Shown piece by piece: positions 1-9,430 of a stretch of DNA of 64,000 nucleotides. A program made the translations under genes and the position numbers. The notes beneath the pieces were generated by a model. It was not told where the DNA came from, made no database searches, and worked only from the letters and a program-made list of their open reading frames with translations. The first letter of the stretch is position 1. Every line of letters starts with the position of its first letter. Source of the DNA: Patescibacteria group bacterium (GTDB lineage: Bacteria > Omnitrophota > Gorgyraeia > Gygaellales > Profunditerraquicolaceae); assembly GCA_035506195.1 (NCBI GenBank), contig DATJPV010000025.1, positions 22,494-86,493 on the forward strand, written 5' to 3'.

Positions 1-844
1 ATTTCTTCTTTTTCCTGAATTGATAGCGGATGATTATCGCTACCAGGTTCATGCACAGCACCAGCACCAGCAATACCAATGCCGTGCCGTAACGCATCTT
101 CTCGTCCACATTAGGAACCTGAGTGGAGATCACATACAGGTGGTACGGCAAGGCCATGGCCTGGTCAAAAAGCGAATCGGGAAGCTGCGGCAGATAGAAA
201 GCCGCTACCGTGAATAAAATAGGCGCGGTCTCTCCGGCTGCCCTGCCTAACCCAAGGATCGTACCGGTCAATATCCCCGGGATGGCATTGGGCAAAACGA
301 TATTCCGGATGGTCTGCCATTTGCTGGCGCCTAACGAATAGCTTACTTCGCGGAAAGAATACGGCACGCTTTCCAAAGCCTCGCGCGAAGCCGTGATAAT
401 GATGGGCAGGATCATGATCCCCAAGGTAAGCGAACCGGATAAAATCGAAGCGCCGAATTTAAAAAAGACTACGAACAACGCAAGGCCGAAAAGCCCGTAG
501 ACCACCGAAGGCACGCCGGCCAGATTGACGATGGCCAGCTTAACCATGCGGTTCAGGAAGTTGTCCCGGGAATATTCGCTTAAGTAGATAGCCGCCAGCA
601 AGCCGATCGGCAGCGCAAAACTGATCGCACCCAAAACCAGGTATATCGTCCCGACGATGGCGGGAAAGATCCCTCCGCTGCGCATGCCCTGGCGCGGGAT
701 GTCCGTCAGGAACTGCCAGCTTATCGCAGGCAGGCCCTTTACGATAATAATAACCACGATCAAGCCTACCGGCACCGCGATCAAAAGGGTCGCCAGGAAC
801 AGGAAGGAAAACGCGATCTTTTGTGCCCTTCGGGGATTCTTCAT
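1..844 (-). CDS. pstA: Phosphate ABC transporter permease PstA (3' end runs off the window edge)
   Basis: Manually translated from the ATG at 844, which overlaps the pstC TAA: MKNPRRAQKIAFSFLFLATLLIAVPVGL...GGIFPAIVGTIYL...AAIYLSEY, open to position 2 (...IRYQFRKKKK). Lies directly downstream of pstC. Confidence 0.9.
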   Translation of the reverse strand, partial: MKNPRRAQKIAFSFLFLATLLIAVPVGLIVVIIIVKGLPAISWQFLTDIPRQGMRSGGIFPAIVGTIYLVLGAISFALPIGLLAAIYLSEYSRDNFLNRMVKLAIVNLAGVPSVVYGLFGLALFVVFFKFGASILSGSLTLGIMILPIIITASREALESVPYSFREVSYSLGASKWQTIRNIVLPNAIPGILTGTILGLGRAAGETAPILFTVAAFYLPQLPDSLFDQAMALPYHLYVISTQVPNVDEKMRYGTALVLLVLVLCMNLVAIIIRYQFRKKKK

Positions 845-1707
845 TATCTTTTCTTATGCAGGAACAGGTCCGCAGTTACGTTGATCGCAAAACTGATAAT
901 AAATAGAACTATGCCAACGGCAAAGAGCGCAAAGTAATGCTCGCTGCCTACCACCGCCTCGCCCATTTCCGCGGCAATGGTCGCGGTAAGCGTGCGCACC
1001 GGCTGCAGGATGCTATGCGGGATAACCGCGGCATTGCCGGTAATCATCATCACCGCCATGGTCTCTCCGATGACCCGGCCCAGCCCCAGCATCACTGCTG
1101 CCAGGATCCCGGATGAAGCCGCAGGCAGCATTACCCGCCAGATCGCCTGCCAATGCGTAGCGCCCAGGGCCAGGGCGCCTTCCTTATAGGTCTTCGGTAT
1201 GGAATACAAGGCATCTTCGGCAATGGAAACTATCGTAGGCATGGCCATGAAGGCAAGCATGATCGAACCGGATAAAGCGGTAAGCCCGGTAGGCAGCCTG
1301 AAAACGGTCTTTACCAAAGGTACCAGGGTTACCATGCCGATAAAACCCAGCACGACGCTGGGTATCGCGGCCAGCAGTTCAATGCTTGCCTTGAGTATTT
1401 CCTTGGTTTTTGCGGGAGCCACTTCGGCGATGTAGATCGCACAGGCTACTCCGATGGGGATCGAGATAAGCGCGGCACCCAGAGTCACCAGGACCGACCC
1501 CAGGATCAAAGGCAGGATCCCCAACTGCGCCGGCTCGGAAATGGGATACCAGCTTTTGCCGAAAAGGAACTGAGACGGGGTGACCGTGCCGAATAACGCC
1601 AGGCCTTCTTTGAGCAGGAACAGGAAGATGAGGATAACGAAGAAGATCGAAGCCAAACCGCAGACGAGGATCAGCTTCTCGATAATGAATTCTTTAAGCT
1701 TGCGCAT
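844..1707 (-). CDS. pstC: Phosphate ABC transporter permease PstC
   Basis: ELLAAIPSVVLG, EAA-type loop YKEGALALGATHWQAI, GRVIGETMAV; lies between pstS and pstA. Confidence 0.93.
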   Translation of the reverse strand: MRKLKEFIIEKLILVCGLASIFFVILIFLFLLKEGLALFGTVTPSQFLFGKSWYPISEPAQLGILPLILGSVLVTLGAALISIPIGVACAIYIAEVAPAKTKEILKASIELLAAIPSVVLGFIGMVTLVPLVKTVFRLPTGLTALSGSIMLAFMAMPTIVSIAEDALYSIPKTYKEGALALGATHWQAIWRVMLPAASSGILAAVMLGLGRVIGETMAVMMITGNAAVIPHSILQPVRTLTATIAAEMGEAVVGSEHYFALFAVGIVLFIISFAINVTADLFLHKKR

Positions 1708-2561
1708 TACTTGGCAATAGGCACAAAGTCGGTTTTCAACACGATATCCTGCCCTTCGCGGGAAAGCACGAAATCTACCAGTTTCTTCACCAGGCCTTGC
1801 GGCTGGCCGTTGGTATACAGGAACAAAGGCCTGGATATCGGATACTTCCCGTTGACCACATTCTCTATGGTCGGGGCTTCGTATTCCGATTTTTCGTCTT
1901 TTGCTACCAGGATGGCTTTCTGCTTAGGAGAGATATACCCCATTCCGTAATAACCGACGGCGGCGGTATTGCCGGCGACCTCATCGGCAATAGCCTGGGA
2001 AGAAGACAGCATAAGGGCAGAGGCGGCGAATTCCTCCTTTGAATTCGGGTCGTTCTTCCTTAAGATGTGCTCTTTGAAATAGACGTGCGTGCCGGAATTG
2101 ACCTCGCGGGAAAGGATGACGATCTTTTTATCCTCTCCCCCCAGCTCTTTCCAATTAACGACCCTGCCGGTGAAGATCTGTGCAAGCTGTTCCGTGGTCA
2201 ATTTACTTACCGGATTTTTCGGATTGACCACGACAGCCAGGCCGTCAAGGGCAACCTTGACCTCGTAGGGATTAACCCCCTTACCCTTCGCCAGGGCGAT
2301 CTCTTTCTCCTTGATGTTGCGCGAGCTCATGGCTATATCGCAGGTGCCGCTGATAAGGCTGGAAAGGCCCGTACCCGAGCCTCCCCCCGTAACTGCGACA
2401 AATTCCCCGGGATTGGCCGCCATATACTTTTCTGCCCAGGCCTGGCCTAGATTCACCATGGTATCTGAGCCTTTTATTTGTATGGAATTCTTTCCTCCCG
2501 AAGCGTACGCAAAAGATGAAACCGTCAGCACCGCCACGATTAACGCTATTGTTCTACGCAT
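1707..2561 (-). CDS. pstS: Phosphate-binding periplasmic protein PstS
   Basis: IKGSDTM, GGGSGTG, SREVNSGT and YPISRPLFLYT motifs. Start moved to the ATG at 2561, which has a GGAGG RBS and a signal peptide. Confidence 0.92.
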   Translation of the reverse strand: MRRTIALIVAVLTVSSFAYASGGKNSIQIKGSDTMVNLGQAWAEKYMAANPGEFVAVTGGGSGTGLSSLISGTCDIAMSSRNIKEKEIALAKGKGVNPYEVKVALDGLAVVVNPKNPVSKLTTEQLAQIFTGRVVNWKELGGEDKKIVILSREVNSGTHVYFKEHILRKNDPNSKEEFAASALMLSSSQAIADEVAGNTAAVGYYGMGYISPKQKAILVAKDEKSEYEAPTIENVVNGKYPISRPLFLYTNGQPQGLVKKLVDFVLSREGQDIVLKTDFVPIAK

Positions 2562-2602
2562 AATGCCTCCTTTAACTAACGGTAATTTTTTGTGGGAAGG
2601 AA

Positions 2603-3859
2603 TTAAAACCTGCGCTGCCGGTGGCGCCATTGTCTGGGGCCGGCCTTTGCCTGCTTATGCGCAGGCGCCTTCTCTAGCGGCGAGAACTGCTCCAGGGAGA
2701 TCCCCGGATGCCTGGCAATCGGCAAAGAAACCCGGATGACCTTTTCGATATCCCGGACATCGCGGCTCTGATCAGGGGTCGCAAAAGAGACCGCATGCCC
2801 GCCTGCCCCGGCCCGCGCGGTGCGGCCGATACGGTGCACATAGTTTTGCGCATCGTCGGGAAGGTCGTAATTGATGACCAGCTCGATCCCGGTGACATCG
2901 ATACCCCTGGCGGCGATATCGGTGGCGACTAATACCTTGTATTTGCCGGATTTGAAACCGTCGAGCGCTTCGCGGCGTTGAGGCAGGGAACGGTTGGAAT
3001 GTATCTCGGCGGCGCTGTAACCCATATCCCTGATCGACCGCGCGATCTTACGCGCGCTATGCTTGGTGCGGGAAAACAAAAGCACCGCTCCCCGGTACTG
3101 CGCAAGCAGCCTGCTCAAGAGCTTGTCCTTGGCGTCTTTTTTGACGATGAACAGCTCCTGGGTAACGCGCTCCGCCATGGTCCCGGAAGGGGCGATCTCC
3201 ACGGACACGGGCAGCTTCATATGCTTGGCGGCTATGGCCATAACCTCTTTGGGAATGGTCGCGGAGAACAACATCGTCTGCCTTTCCTTCGGCAGGAAAC
3301 GCAGGATCTTGTCGACCTGAGGAGCAAACCCCATATCCAGCATGCGGTCTGCTTCGTCAAGCACCAGCATCACCACCTCATCCGGTATGACGTTCCACTG
3401 CCCCATGTGGTCAAGGAGCCTGCCGGGAGTAGCGATCAGGATGCGGGGACTCCTGCGTAACGCCTCTACCTGATCCTCCATCGGAGCCCCGCCGATAAGG
3501 CAGGCCGTCCTCATCCCGAAGGAGTGCGCAATCCCCTGAAAAGCCTCGTCGATCTGGATGGCTAATTCACGGGTAGGCGCAAGAACCAGCCCTGTGCCCT
3601 TTTTCTGCGCCAACAGCTGCACCATCGGGATAGCAAACGAATGGGTCTTGCCGGTGCCGGTCTGCGCGATACCGATAATGTCTTTGCCCTGAATTGCCAG
3701 GGGGATCGCTTTGAACTGGATCGGGGTCGGCACTTTGAACTTGATACGTTCAAGTATATCGAGGATCTTCGGCGCAATCCCCAGGCCGTAGAAGCTCGGC
3801 GCGGAATGATTGGCCTCGTGCGGGAATAAAGGTGCGTTGGTTGTCTTGTGTGTCATCAT
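2603..3859 (-). CDS. DEAD-box ATP-dependent RNA helicase (RhlE-like)
   Basis: Q motif PTPIQ, AQTGTGKT, PTRELA, TPGRLLD, DEAD, SAT, ARGID, HRIGRTARAG. Likely start is the ATG at 3859 or 3856. Confidence 0.93.
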   Translation of the reverse strand: MMTHKTTNAPLFPHEANHSAPSFYGLGIAPKILDILERIKFKVPTPIQFKAIPLAIQGKDIIGIAQTGTGKTHSFAIPMVQLLAQKKGTGLVLAPTRELAIQIDEAFQGIAHSFGMRTACLIGGAPMEDQVEALRRSPRILIATPGRLLDHMGQWNVIPDEVVMLVLDEADRMLDMGFAPQVDKILRFLPKERQTMLFSATIPKEVMAIAAKHMKLPVSVEIAPSGTMAERVTQELFIVKKDAKDKLLSRLLAQYRGAVLLFSRTKHSARKIARSIRDMGYSAAEIHSNRSLPQRREALDGFKSGKYKVLVATDIAARGIDVTGIELVINYDLPDDAQNYVHRIGRTARAGAGGHAVSFATPDQSRDVRDIEKVIRVSLPIARHPGISLEQFSPLEKAPAHKQAKAGPRQWRHRQRRF

Positions 3860-3882
3860 AATTATCTTTGCGGGTGGTGCAT

Positions 3883-3918
3883 AAAAAACCGTAAAGGTTA
3901 GCAACCCTACCTTTACGG
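3883..3918 (-). terminator. Intrinsic terminator-like hairpin in the helicase 5' region
   Basis: Minus strand reads CCGTAAAGGT-10 nt-ACCTTTACGG followed by TTTTTT. Confidence 0.75.
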
Positions 3919-3945
3919 CCCAGATTCTCTAATCTTTACTATTTG

Positions 3946-3973
3946 AGTATAGCATCTTTTTCGATTTTGGCAA
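3946..3973 (-). promoter_or_regulatory. Sigma70-type promoter upstream of the helicase
   Basis: TTGCCA-16 nt-TATACT with an extended -10 TG. Confidence 0.55.
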
Positions 3974-3990
3974 TAGAATTCCTTAAGGAA

Positions 3991-5115
3991 TTAGAACGTT
4001 ACGTAGCGTTCGGCTTTCTCAAGCAGGCGGACCTGCTTTCCCAGGACATCGAGAGACCGGATCTTTGTCCCGTTCAGGCGGAATGCGAGTATCCGTTCAA
4101 CCATTACCTGGCCTAGACCGGGAACGCGCAGCAGGCGCCAGGCGTCATCTTTATTGATGTCCACCGGAAAAAAGTCGGGATGCAATAATGCCCAGAGCTC
4201 TTTCGGGTCAGTGGCGATAGAGAGGTTCCCCTGAGGGTCAAGAGGGATCTCCTCGGCTTTAAAACCGTATTTGCGAATGAGCCAATCCGCCTGATACAGC
4301 CGGTGCTCGCGCGTCAAAAGCTCGCCGTTAGTCAGCCGCGAGCGTTCTCCGGGCAACTGGGGGGAACCTGCGCCGCGCTGGTAGGCGCTGAAATATACGC
4401 GGTTCAAGCCCAGCTCTTTATACAGTTTCCAGGAACAATCGATGATCTCTTTGTCCGTCTCTTGGGCGGCGCCGACCACGAACTGCGTAGTGTGCTTAAT
4501 CCCGCGGTAATCGGAACCTTTTGCGGTAAGGCGGCTGATCAGTTGTATCGGCCTTAGGATATCGCGAAGATAGTTTTTGGTGGTGCTCAGATACTTGAAG
4601 TTTTTTTCTCCGGCAGTTTCGATGTTCAGGGACACCGCGCTTGCCAAGGCAAGGCTCTGCCGGATGGCGGCATCGGATGCGCCGGGAATGATCTTCAAAT
4701 GGATGTAGCCTCTGAAGTGTGCCCTGCGTAAGCCAAGCGCCACGCGGTTAATGCGCTCCATGGTGTCATCGGGATTACGCATGACGGCGCTGCTTAAGAA
4801 AAGGCCGCTTACTCTGCGGGCTTTATAATAGGCAAGGAAAACCTTGGCCAGTTCCTCCGGCGTAAGCGTACAGCGGCTGGCAGCGAAACCGGTCCTGAGC
4901 GGACAGTATGCGCAGTTATTGACGCACTCGTTGGACAAAAGCGTCTTAAAAAGGAACGTGGTGCCGCCGTTAGGCAGGACGACAGGGTATATCCATTTGT
5001 CTTGCGGGGAGCGCCGGCGGTGCTCATCGTCTCTTGTGGCGCAGGCGCAGGCAAGGTCATACCGAGAATCCTGCGACAGGATAGCAAGCTTTGCGGCGAT
5101 ATCGGGATTTTTCAC
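3991..5115 (-). CDS. Putative DNA modification/repair radical SAM protein (TIGR03916-like) with a C-terminal HhH motif
   Basis: KLAILSQDSRYDLACAC, CVNNCAYC, GLFLSSAV, YIHLKIIPGA, REHRLYQADWL, LLRVPGLG. GTG start lies 1 nt after the btuB stop. Confidence 0.85.
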   Translation of the reverse strand: MKNPDIAAKLAILSQDSRYDLACACATRDDEHRRRSPQDKWIYPVVLPNGGTTFLFKTLLSNECVNNCAYCPLRTGFAASRCTLTPEELAKVFLAYYKARRVSGLFLSSAVMRNPDDTMERINRVALGLRRAHFRGYIHLKIIPGASDAAIRQSLALASAVSLNIETAGEKNFKYLSTTKNYLRDILRPIQLISRLTAKGSDYRGIKHTTQFVVGAAQETDKEIIDCSWKLYKELGLNRVYFSAYQRGAGSPQLPGERSRLTNGELLTREHRLYQADWLIRKYGFKAEEIPLDPQGNLSIATDPKELWALLHPDFFPVDINKDDAWRLLRVPGLGQVMVERILAFRLNGTKIRSLDVLGKQVRLLEKAERYVTF

Positions 5116-5116
5116 G

Positions 5117-6958
5117 CTAGAATTCTGCCTTCAGCCCTCCGGTAAAAGAGAAGCCCGGCATGGGGTAATCCTGAATGACATTATACTTCTTCGCCAAAAG
5201 GTTGTCTACTGCCGCAAAATACGTAATCCCGGATTTACATTTTTTTGACACATTGAAGCCAACCGTATAGAACCTTTTTACTTCGATGGTATTGGCGGCG
5301 TCGTGGAATCTGGTGCCCGTGAATTGCCCTTTAAGCTCACAGGCAAGGCCGCGCGGGTCTCTGTATTTCAAGGAACAGTCGGCCTTATGCCTGGGCTGAT
5401 AAATAAGATACTTATGCGTATCCGCATCTTTTGCGTTCAGGTAGGTATAGCCCGTATCCAGGCTCCATCTGTCCGCGATTTTTATCTTGTTCTCAAGCTC
5501 TATCCCGTCTATCACCGCGGAGTTGACGTTCATCGGCTGCCACACCCCGGCCTCTTCTGCCCAATTGATAAGATTGTCGTAATCGCTGCGGTAATACGTC
5601 AATCCGAAACCGAAGCGCTTGTGCGGGGCGACCTGAACGCCTATCTCTTTGGTTACGCCTTTCTCGGGCTTTAAGAGGGGGTTTCCTTTGGCCCAGCCTT
5701 CATCCGGCCAGTAAAGGTCGTTGAAAGTGGGCGCGCGGAAAGAACGGCTGATAGAACCGCGCAGCTTCAGGGCGTCGCCGGCGGAATACAGAAAATTAAA
5801 AGAGGGGTTGATCTCGGCGCCGAGGTTCGAATAATCATCGAGCCTGGCGCCAAAATTCAACTTAAGCGAGCCGAACAGGTCGATCTTATTCTCCAGGTAA
5901 CCCGCACGGACGGTATAGTGGTGCTTCGCCGATGAGGTGCTGTCGTTGAAATTGCCGACATAGTTGAACCCGCATATCCCCTGGTAGCTTTCCGAAAACC
6001 GCCTGCTGAACTGCGCGTCATAGCCCCGCACGACAGTGATATGGACGTCTTTTTTGCCGGCAACGTCAAAGATAGACCCCGCGGTATTCTCGTCGAATTC
6101 CAGGCGATCGTAATTCTGGTATGCCTTGATCGAGGCGGCCGTGGCGTCATCGGGCCTGAAACCCCAGCTTGCGTCGATAAACTTTTTTGTGTTCTTCTGC
6201 GTATCGTCGAAATCCGGAGAAACAATGCTGCCGGGAGAACCCAGCCTGCTGCGGTAAAACCCGGAATTTAAAGTTATGTCGTTGGAGTCGTTGAATTTAT
6301 AGGTAAGCTTGGTATTGGCATCCTTGGCTTCGAGCTTCGTATTCGCACGGAAACCGGCGGAACTTTGATAGCCGCTGGTGACCAGATAACCGAATCCGGA
6401 TACCCTGGCGCCGTGCGAGAGCCGTTCGGTGTACGTCCGGAAGGTGCCGAAACTGGAGTAGAGCTCGGTTTTCTGTTTTTCCCCGGGCGGATTCCTCGTA
6501 ATGATATTCACCGTCCCGCCCATAGGGCCTGACCCGTAGAGGCTTGAGCCGGGCCCGTGCACGATCTCGACCCTCTCGATATTGTCTAACGGGATGGCGC
6601 TCAGATCCGCCTGGCCGTCGCGGGGGCTATTGATCGGCCTGCCGTCCACTAAAACCAGCACCTGGCTGGAAGTTGAGCCGCGCATCCTGACCGTTTTGGA
6701 CGCGCCCAGGCCGCCGTAATCGCTTACGTTGACGGAGGTAAAATCGGTCAAGAGCCCGGAGAGGTCCTGTGCCTGGCTCCTTTCAATGTCTCTTCTGGTG
6801 ACCACGTCGACATTCCGGGCGACGCCGGAGCTGTCTTCTTCCACGCGGGAAGCGGTAATGACAATCCGGTCCAATTCAACGTCCTGCGCAGAGACGCTCG
6901 ACCAGACGGCCAACGCCAATGCTGCCGGAAGGAATAGTTTTCCGATAGGTGCCTTCAT
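5117..6958 (-). CDS. btuB: TonB-dependent outer-membrane receptor, cobalamin (BtuB-like)
   Basis: Signal peptide, IVITASR, plug motifs VLVLVDGRP and IERVEIVHGPGSSLYG, FRAPTFNDLY, C-terminal Phe. Sits in the B12 riboswitch operon. Start at 6958 has an ATGA overlap with the upstream gene. Confidence 0.85.
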   Translation of the reverse strand: MKAPIGKLFLPAALALAVWSSVSAQDVELDRIVITASRVEEDSSGVARNVDVVTRRDIERSQAQDLSGLLTDFTSVNVSDYGGLGASKTVRMRGSTSSQVLVLVDGRPINSPRDGQADLSAIPLDNIERVEIVHGPGSSLYGSGPMGGTVNIITRNPPGEKQKTELYSSFGTFRTYTERLSHGARVSGFGYLVTSGYQSSAGFRANTKLEAKDANTKLTYKFNDSNDITLNSGFYRSRLGSPGSIVSPDFDDTQKNTKKFIDASWGFRPDDATAASIKAYQNYDRLEFDENTAGSIFDVAGKKDVHITVVRGYDAQFSRRFSESYQGICGFNYVGNFNDSTSSAKHHYTVRAGYLENKIDLFGSLKLNFGARLDDYSNLGAEINPSFNFLYSAGDALKLRGSISRSFRAPTFNDLYWPDEGWAKGNPLLKPEKGVTKEIGVQVAPHKRFGFGLTYYRSDYDNLINWAEEAGVWQPMNVNSAVIDGIELENKIKIADRWSLDTGYTYLNAKDADTHKYLIYQPRHKADCSLKYRDPRGLACELKGQFTGTRFHDAANTIEVKRFYTVGFNVSKKCKSGITYFAAVDNLLAKKYNVIQDYPMPGFSFTGGLKAEF

Positions 6959-7629
6959 GCGTACCTTTTGATATCCAAAAACCAGTGCTTCCAGAAACTT
7001 TCCTTGATGACGGCCTCGGCCTCGATTATTTCGATCGGCTTCCTGAATATCGGGCCGTCGACCACCAGGGTATGAAACTCCCCTTTCTCTCCGCACGGGC
7101 AGATGCCCCTTTGCTTAAGTTCTCTGACCAGGTCCCTGTCTACGGTCCGGCCGAGGAACTCTTTGCCCATGATGTCTGCCTTGCAACTGACGATAACCGC
7201 CTTGAACCCAAGGCTGACGAATTCATCAATGATCTTCTCCGGAAGGTTATTCCAGAGCGGCTCCAGGGCATGGATCTTAAGGTCCCCGCAGACGCGCTCG
7301 ATCCAGCTTTCGTGTTCCGCAAGATAGATGTCCCCAAAGACCATCGTACCGATACCCCTGCCCCTGAACTCGGTGACCGCAGCTTTGAACTCCTCTTCGT
7401 ATTTCTCCATATCGGAGCTGACTTCCTTTTGCACCAACGGTATGCCGATCAGGTCCGCCTGGAATTTCAGGAGCCTGCCTTCAAGGCCGTGAAAACATCC
7501 TCGCCTCGATTCCCGGGAAATGAAATTCAGAAGGTATTTTACGTCATACCCCTGCTGCCTTGCCTTATAACAAGCCAGGCAGCTGTCCTTACCGCCGCTC
7601 CAGGAAGATATTGCCGCCGAATTATCCAT
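6955..7629 (-). CDS. DUF71/COG2102 PP-loop ATPase (diphthine-ammonia ligase-like, B12-associated type)
   Basis: SWSGGKDS PP-loop, FGDI and CPCGEKGEFHTLVVDGPIF motifs. Confidence 0.88.
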   Translation of the reverse strand: MDNSAAISSWSGGKDSCLACYKARQQGYDVKYLLNFISRESRRGCFHGLEGRLLKFQADLIGIPLVQKEVSSDMEKYEEEFKAAVTEFRGRGIGTMVFGDIYLAEHESWIERVCGDLKIHALEPLWNNLPEKIIDEFVSLGFKAVIVSCKADIMGKEFLGRTVDRDLVRELKQRGICPCGEKGEFHTLVVDGPIFRKPIEIIEAEAVIKESFWKHWFLDIKRYA

Positions 7630-7641
7630 CGTTGTCCTTTT

Positions 7642-8376
7642 TTAGCCGAGGCAGACCATACAGAGAGCCAGGGTTTCCGTTAATTCAATGACCGCCCCCA
7701 GGGTATCTCCGGTTATCCCGCCGATCCTGTTGGCGATAAACCTGCCGCTTGCACAGGTAAAGCCGGCGATGACCGTAAAGGCAAGCAAGCCTTTTAAGCC
7801 CCAGGCGGCAACCGAGAATATGAGCGCTGTGAAAGAAGCAAACAGGACGATCCCCGGTTCCATGCCCTCCATAAAAACTTTGGCTTTGCCCTCTTGACGG
7901 GCGTAGGGAAACAAAAACATCGCCAAAACCGCAGACCAGCGGCTTAAGACGCAGGAAAGAAGCAGGCCGGTCGTCCTTGCGGGCGCAAGACCCAGGCCGA
8001 CAAGCAAGCTCACCTTCAATAGCATCAGGCTTATCAGGCTTACGACGCCCATTACGCCGACGTGAGGATCCCGCATGATCTTAAGCATTTCCTCTTTTGG
8101 CCTCGCGCTCAAAAAGGCGTCGGCAGTATCCGCAAGGCCGTCTAAGTGCATCCCCCCGGTGATACCGACCCAAGCAACTACCAGAATGACGCCGGATGCC
8201 AGCGCAGGGAAATTCAACATCCCAAGCAGCGCCCCTATCCCGGCCAAGGCCAGGCCCAGCAACAACCCCACGAAAGGAAAGTATGCCGCAGCGCCCGCCA
8301 GATGCTTTTCGTCCGCCTCTTTCATGCCAAGCGGCACAATGGTCAAGAACTGCAGGCTCAATAAGAAGCTACTCAT
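7642..8376 (-). CDS. cobS: Adenosylcobinamide-GDP ribazoletransferase (cobalamin synthase)
   Basis: LQFLTIVP, GGMHLDGLADTAD, MRDPHVG, GGITGDTLGA. Confidence 0.93.
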   Translation of the reverse strand: MSSFLLSLQFLTIVPLGMKEADEKHLAGAAAYFPFVGLLLGLALAGIGALLGMLNFPALASGVILVVAWVGITGGMHLDGLADTADAFLSARPKEEMLKIMRDPHVGVMGVVSLISLMLLKVSLLVGLGLAPARTTGLLLSCVLSRWSAVLAMFLFPYARQEGKAKVFMEGMEPGIVLFASFTALIFSVAAWGLKGLLAFTVIAGFTCASGRFIANRIGGITGDTLGAVIELTETLALCMVCLG

Positions 8377-9430
8377 TTTTCTTCTCCGAAACATTGGCGC
8401 TTTGAAAGGTTGCCATCTGCGTCAGGATCTTAACCGCCGCATCGGCCAGCCCCATTGCCAATGCCGCGCCCGTGCCTTCGCCAAGCCTCAACTGCAGGTT
8501 CAAGAGGGGTTTCAATCCGATGTGCGCCAAAATATGCGCATGGCCTCCTTCGACCGACTCATGCGCGGCGATCATGTAATTTTTTACTTTCGGCTCGATC
8601 CGGTATGCCGTCAATGCCGCAGCCGAAGAGATGAACCCGTCAACGACTACGGGGACTTTTCTTGCGGCGGCAGCCAGGATGATACCGGCCAGGCCCGCGA
8701 TCTCGAATCCGCCTACTTTTGACAAGACATCAATCGGGTCAGAGGCATCGGGCCTGTTCACCAGAAGCGCCTTTTTAAGCACTTCAATCTTGCGCGCCAG
8801 CCCCTTATCATCGAGGCCGGCGCCCCGGCCGGTGATGTCTTCAAGGGGCCTTCCGGTAAAGCAGGCGGTAATGGCGCTGGCGGAGGTCGTATTGCCTATG
8901 CCCATCTCGCCCGTGCCGATAATATCTGCGCCGCGGCGCAATTCCCGCTCGAATACCTCGCAGCCGGCACAGACCGCGCTGACTGCCTCCTGCCTGGTCA
9001 TAGCCGGTCCCGCAGCCATATTTTTGGTGCCGTAGGCGATCTTCTTGACGGTAAGCCGAGGGTCGGGCTTGAGGTCACAGGCAACACCCATATCGACTAT
9101 CGCAACCCGGGCGCCTACATGCTGCGCCAGGACGTTTATACCGGCGCCTCCCGCAAGAAAATTGTAAACCATCTGGGCGGTTACTTCCTGAGGATAGGCG
9201 CTTACCCCTTCCGCGGTTACTCCGTGGTCGGCGGCCAGCGTAAAGATCACTTTATTGCCCAGGGCAGGGCTTTCTTTCCCGGTGATCCCGCAGACCTGCG
9301 CGGCAAGCTCCTCAAGCCTGCCCAAGCTTCCTAAAGGCTTGGTCAGGTTATCCAGCCTCCTGCGGGTCTTTTTGATAAGCTCGGTATCGAGTTCGGAAAT
9401 CTCCTGCGTCACTTTTTTTATTCTTTCCAT
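8369..9430 (-). CDS. cobT: Nicotinate-nucleotide--dimethylbenzimidazole phosphoribosyltransferase
   Basis: LTKPLGSLGRLE, AADHGV, GEMGIGNTT, LRLGEGTGA. Confidence 0.95.
   Translation of the reverse strand: MERIKKVTQEISELDTELIKKTRRRLDNLTKPLGSLGRLEELAAQVCGITGKESPALGNKVIFTLAADHGVTAEGVSAYPQEVTAQMVYNFLAGGAGINVLAQHVGARVAIVDMGVACDLKPDPRLTVKKIAYGTKNMAAGPAMTRQEAVSAVCAGCEVFERELRRGADIIGTGEMGIGNTTSASAITACFTGRPLEDITGRGAGLDDKGLARKIEVLKKALLVNRPDASDPIDVLSKVGGFEIAGLAGIILAAAARKVPVVVDGFISSAAALTAYRIEPKVKNYMIAAHESVEGGHAHILAHIGLKPLLNLQLRLGEGTGAALAMGLADAAVKILTQMATFQSANVSEKKNE

Noticed and set aside
2562-2602. Pho box upstream of pstS
   Set aside because: No convincing CTGTCAT-type tandem repeats in the 41-bp gap.
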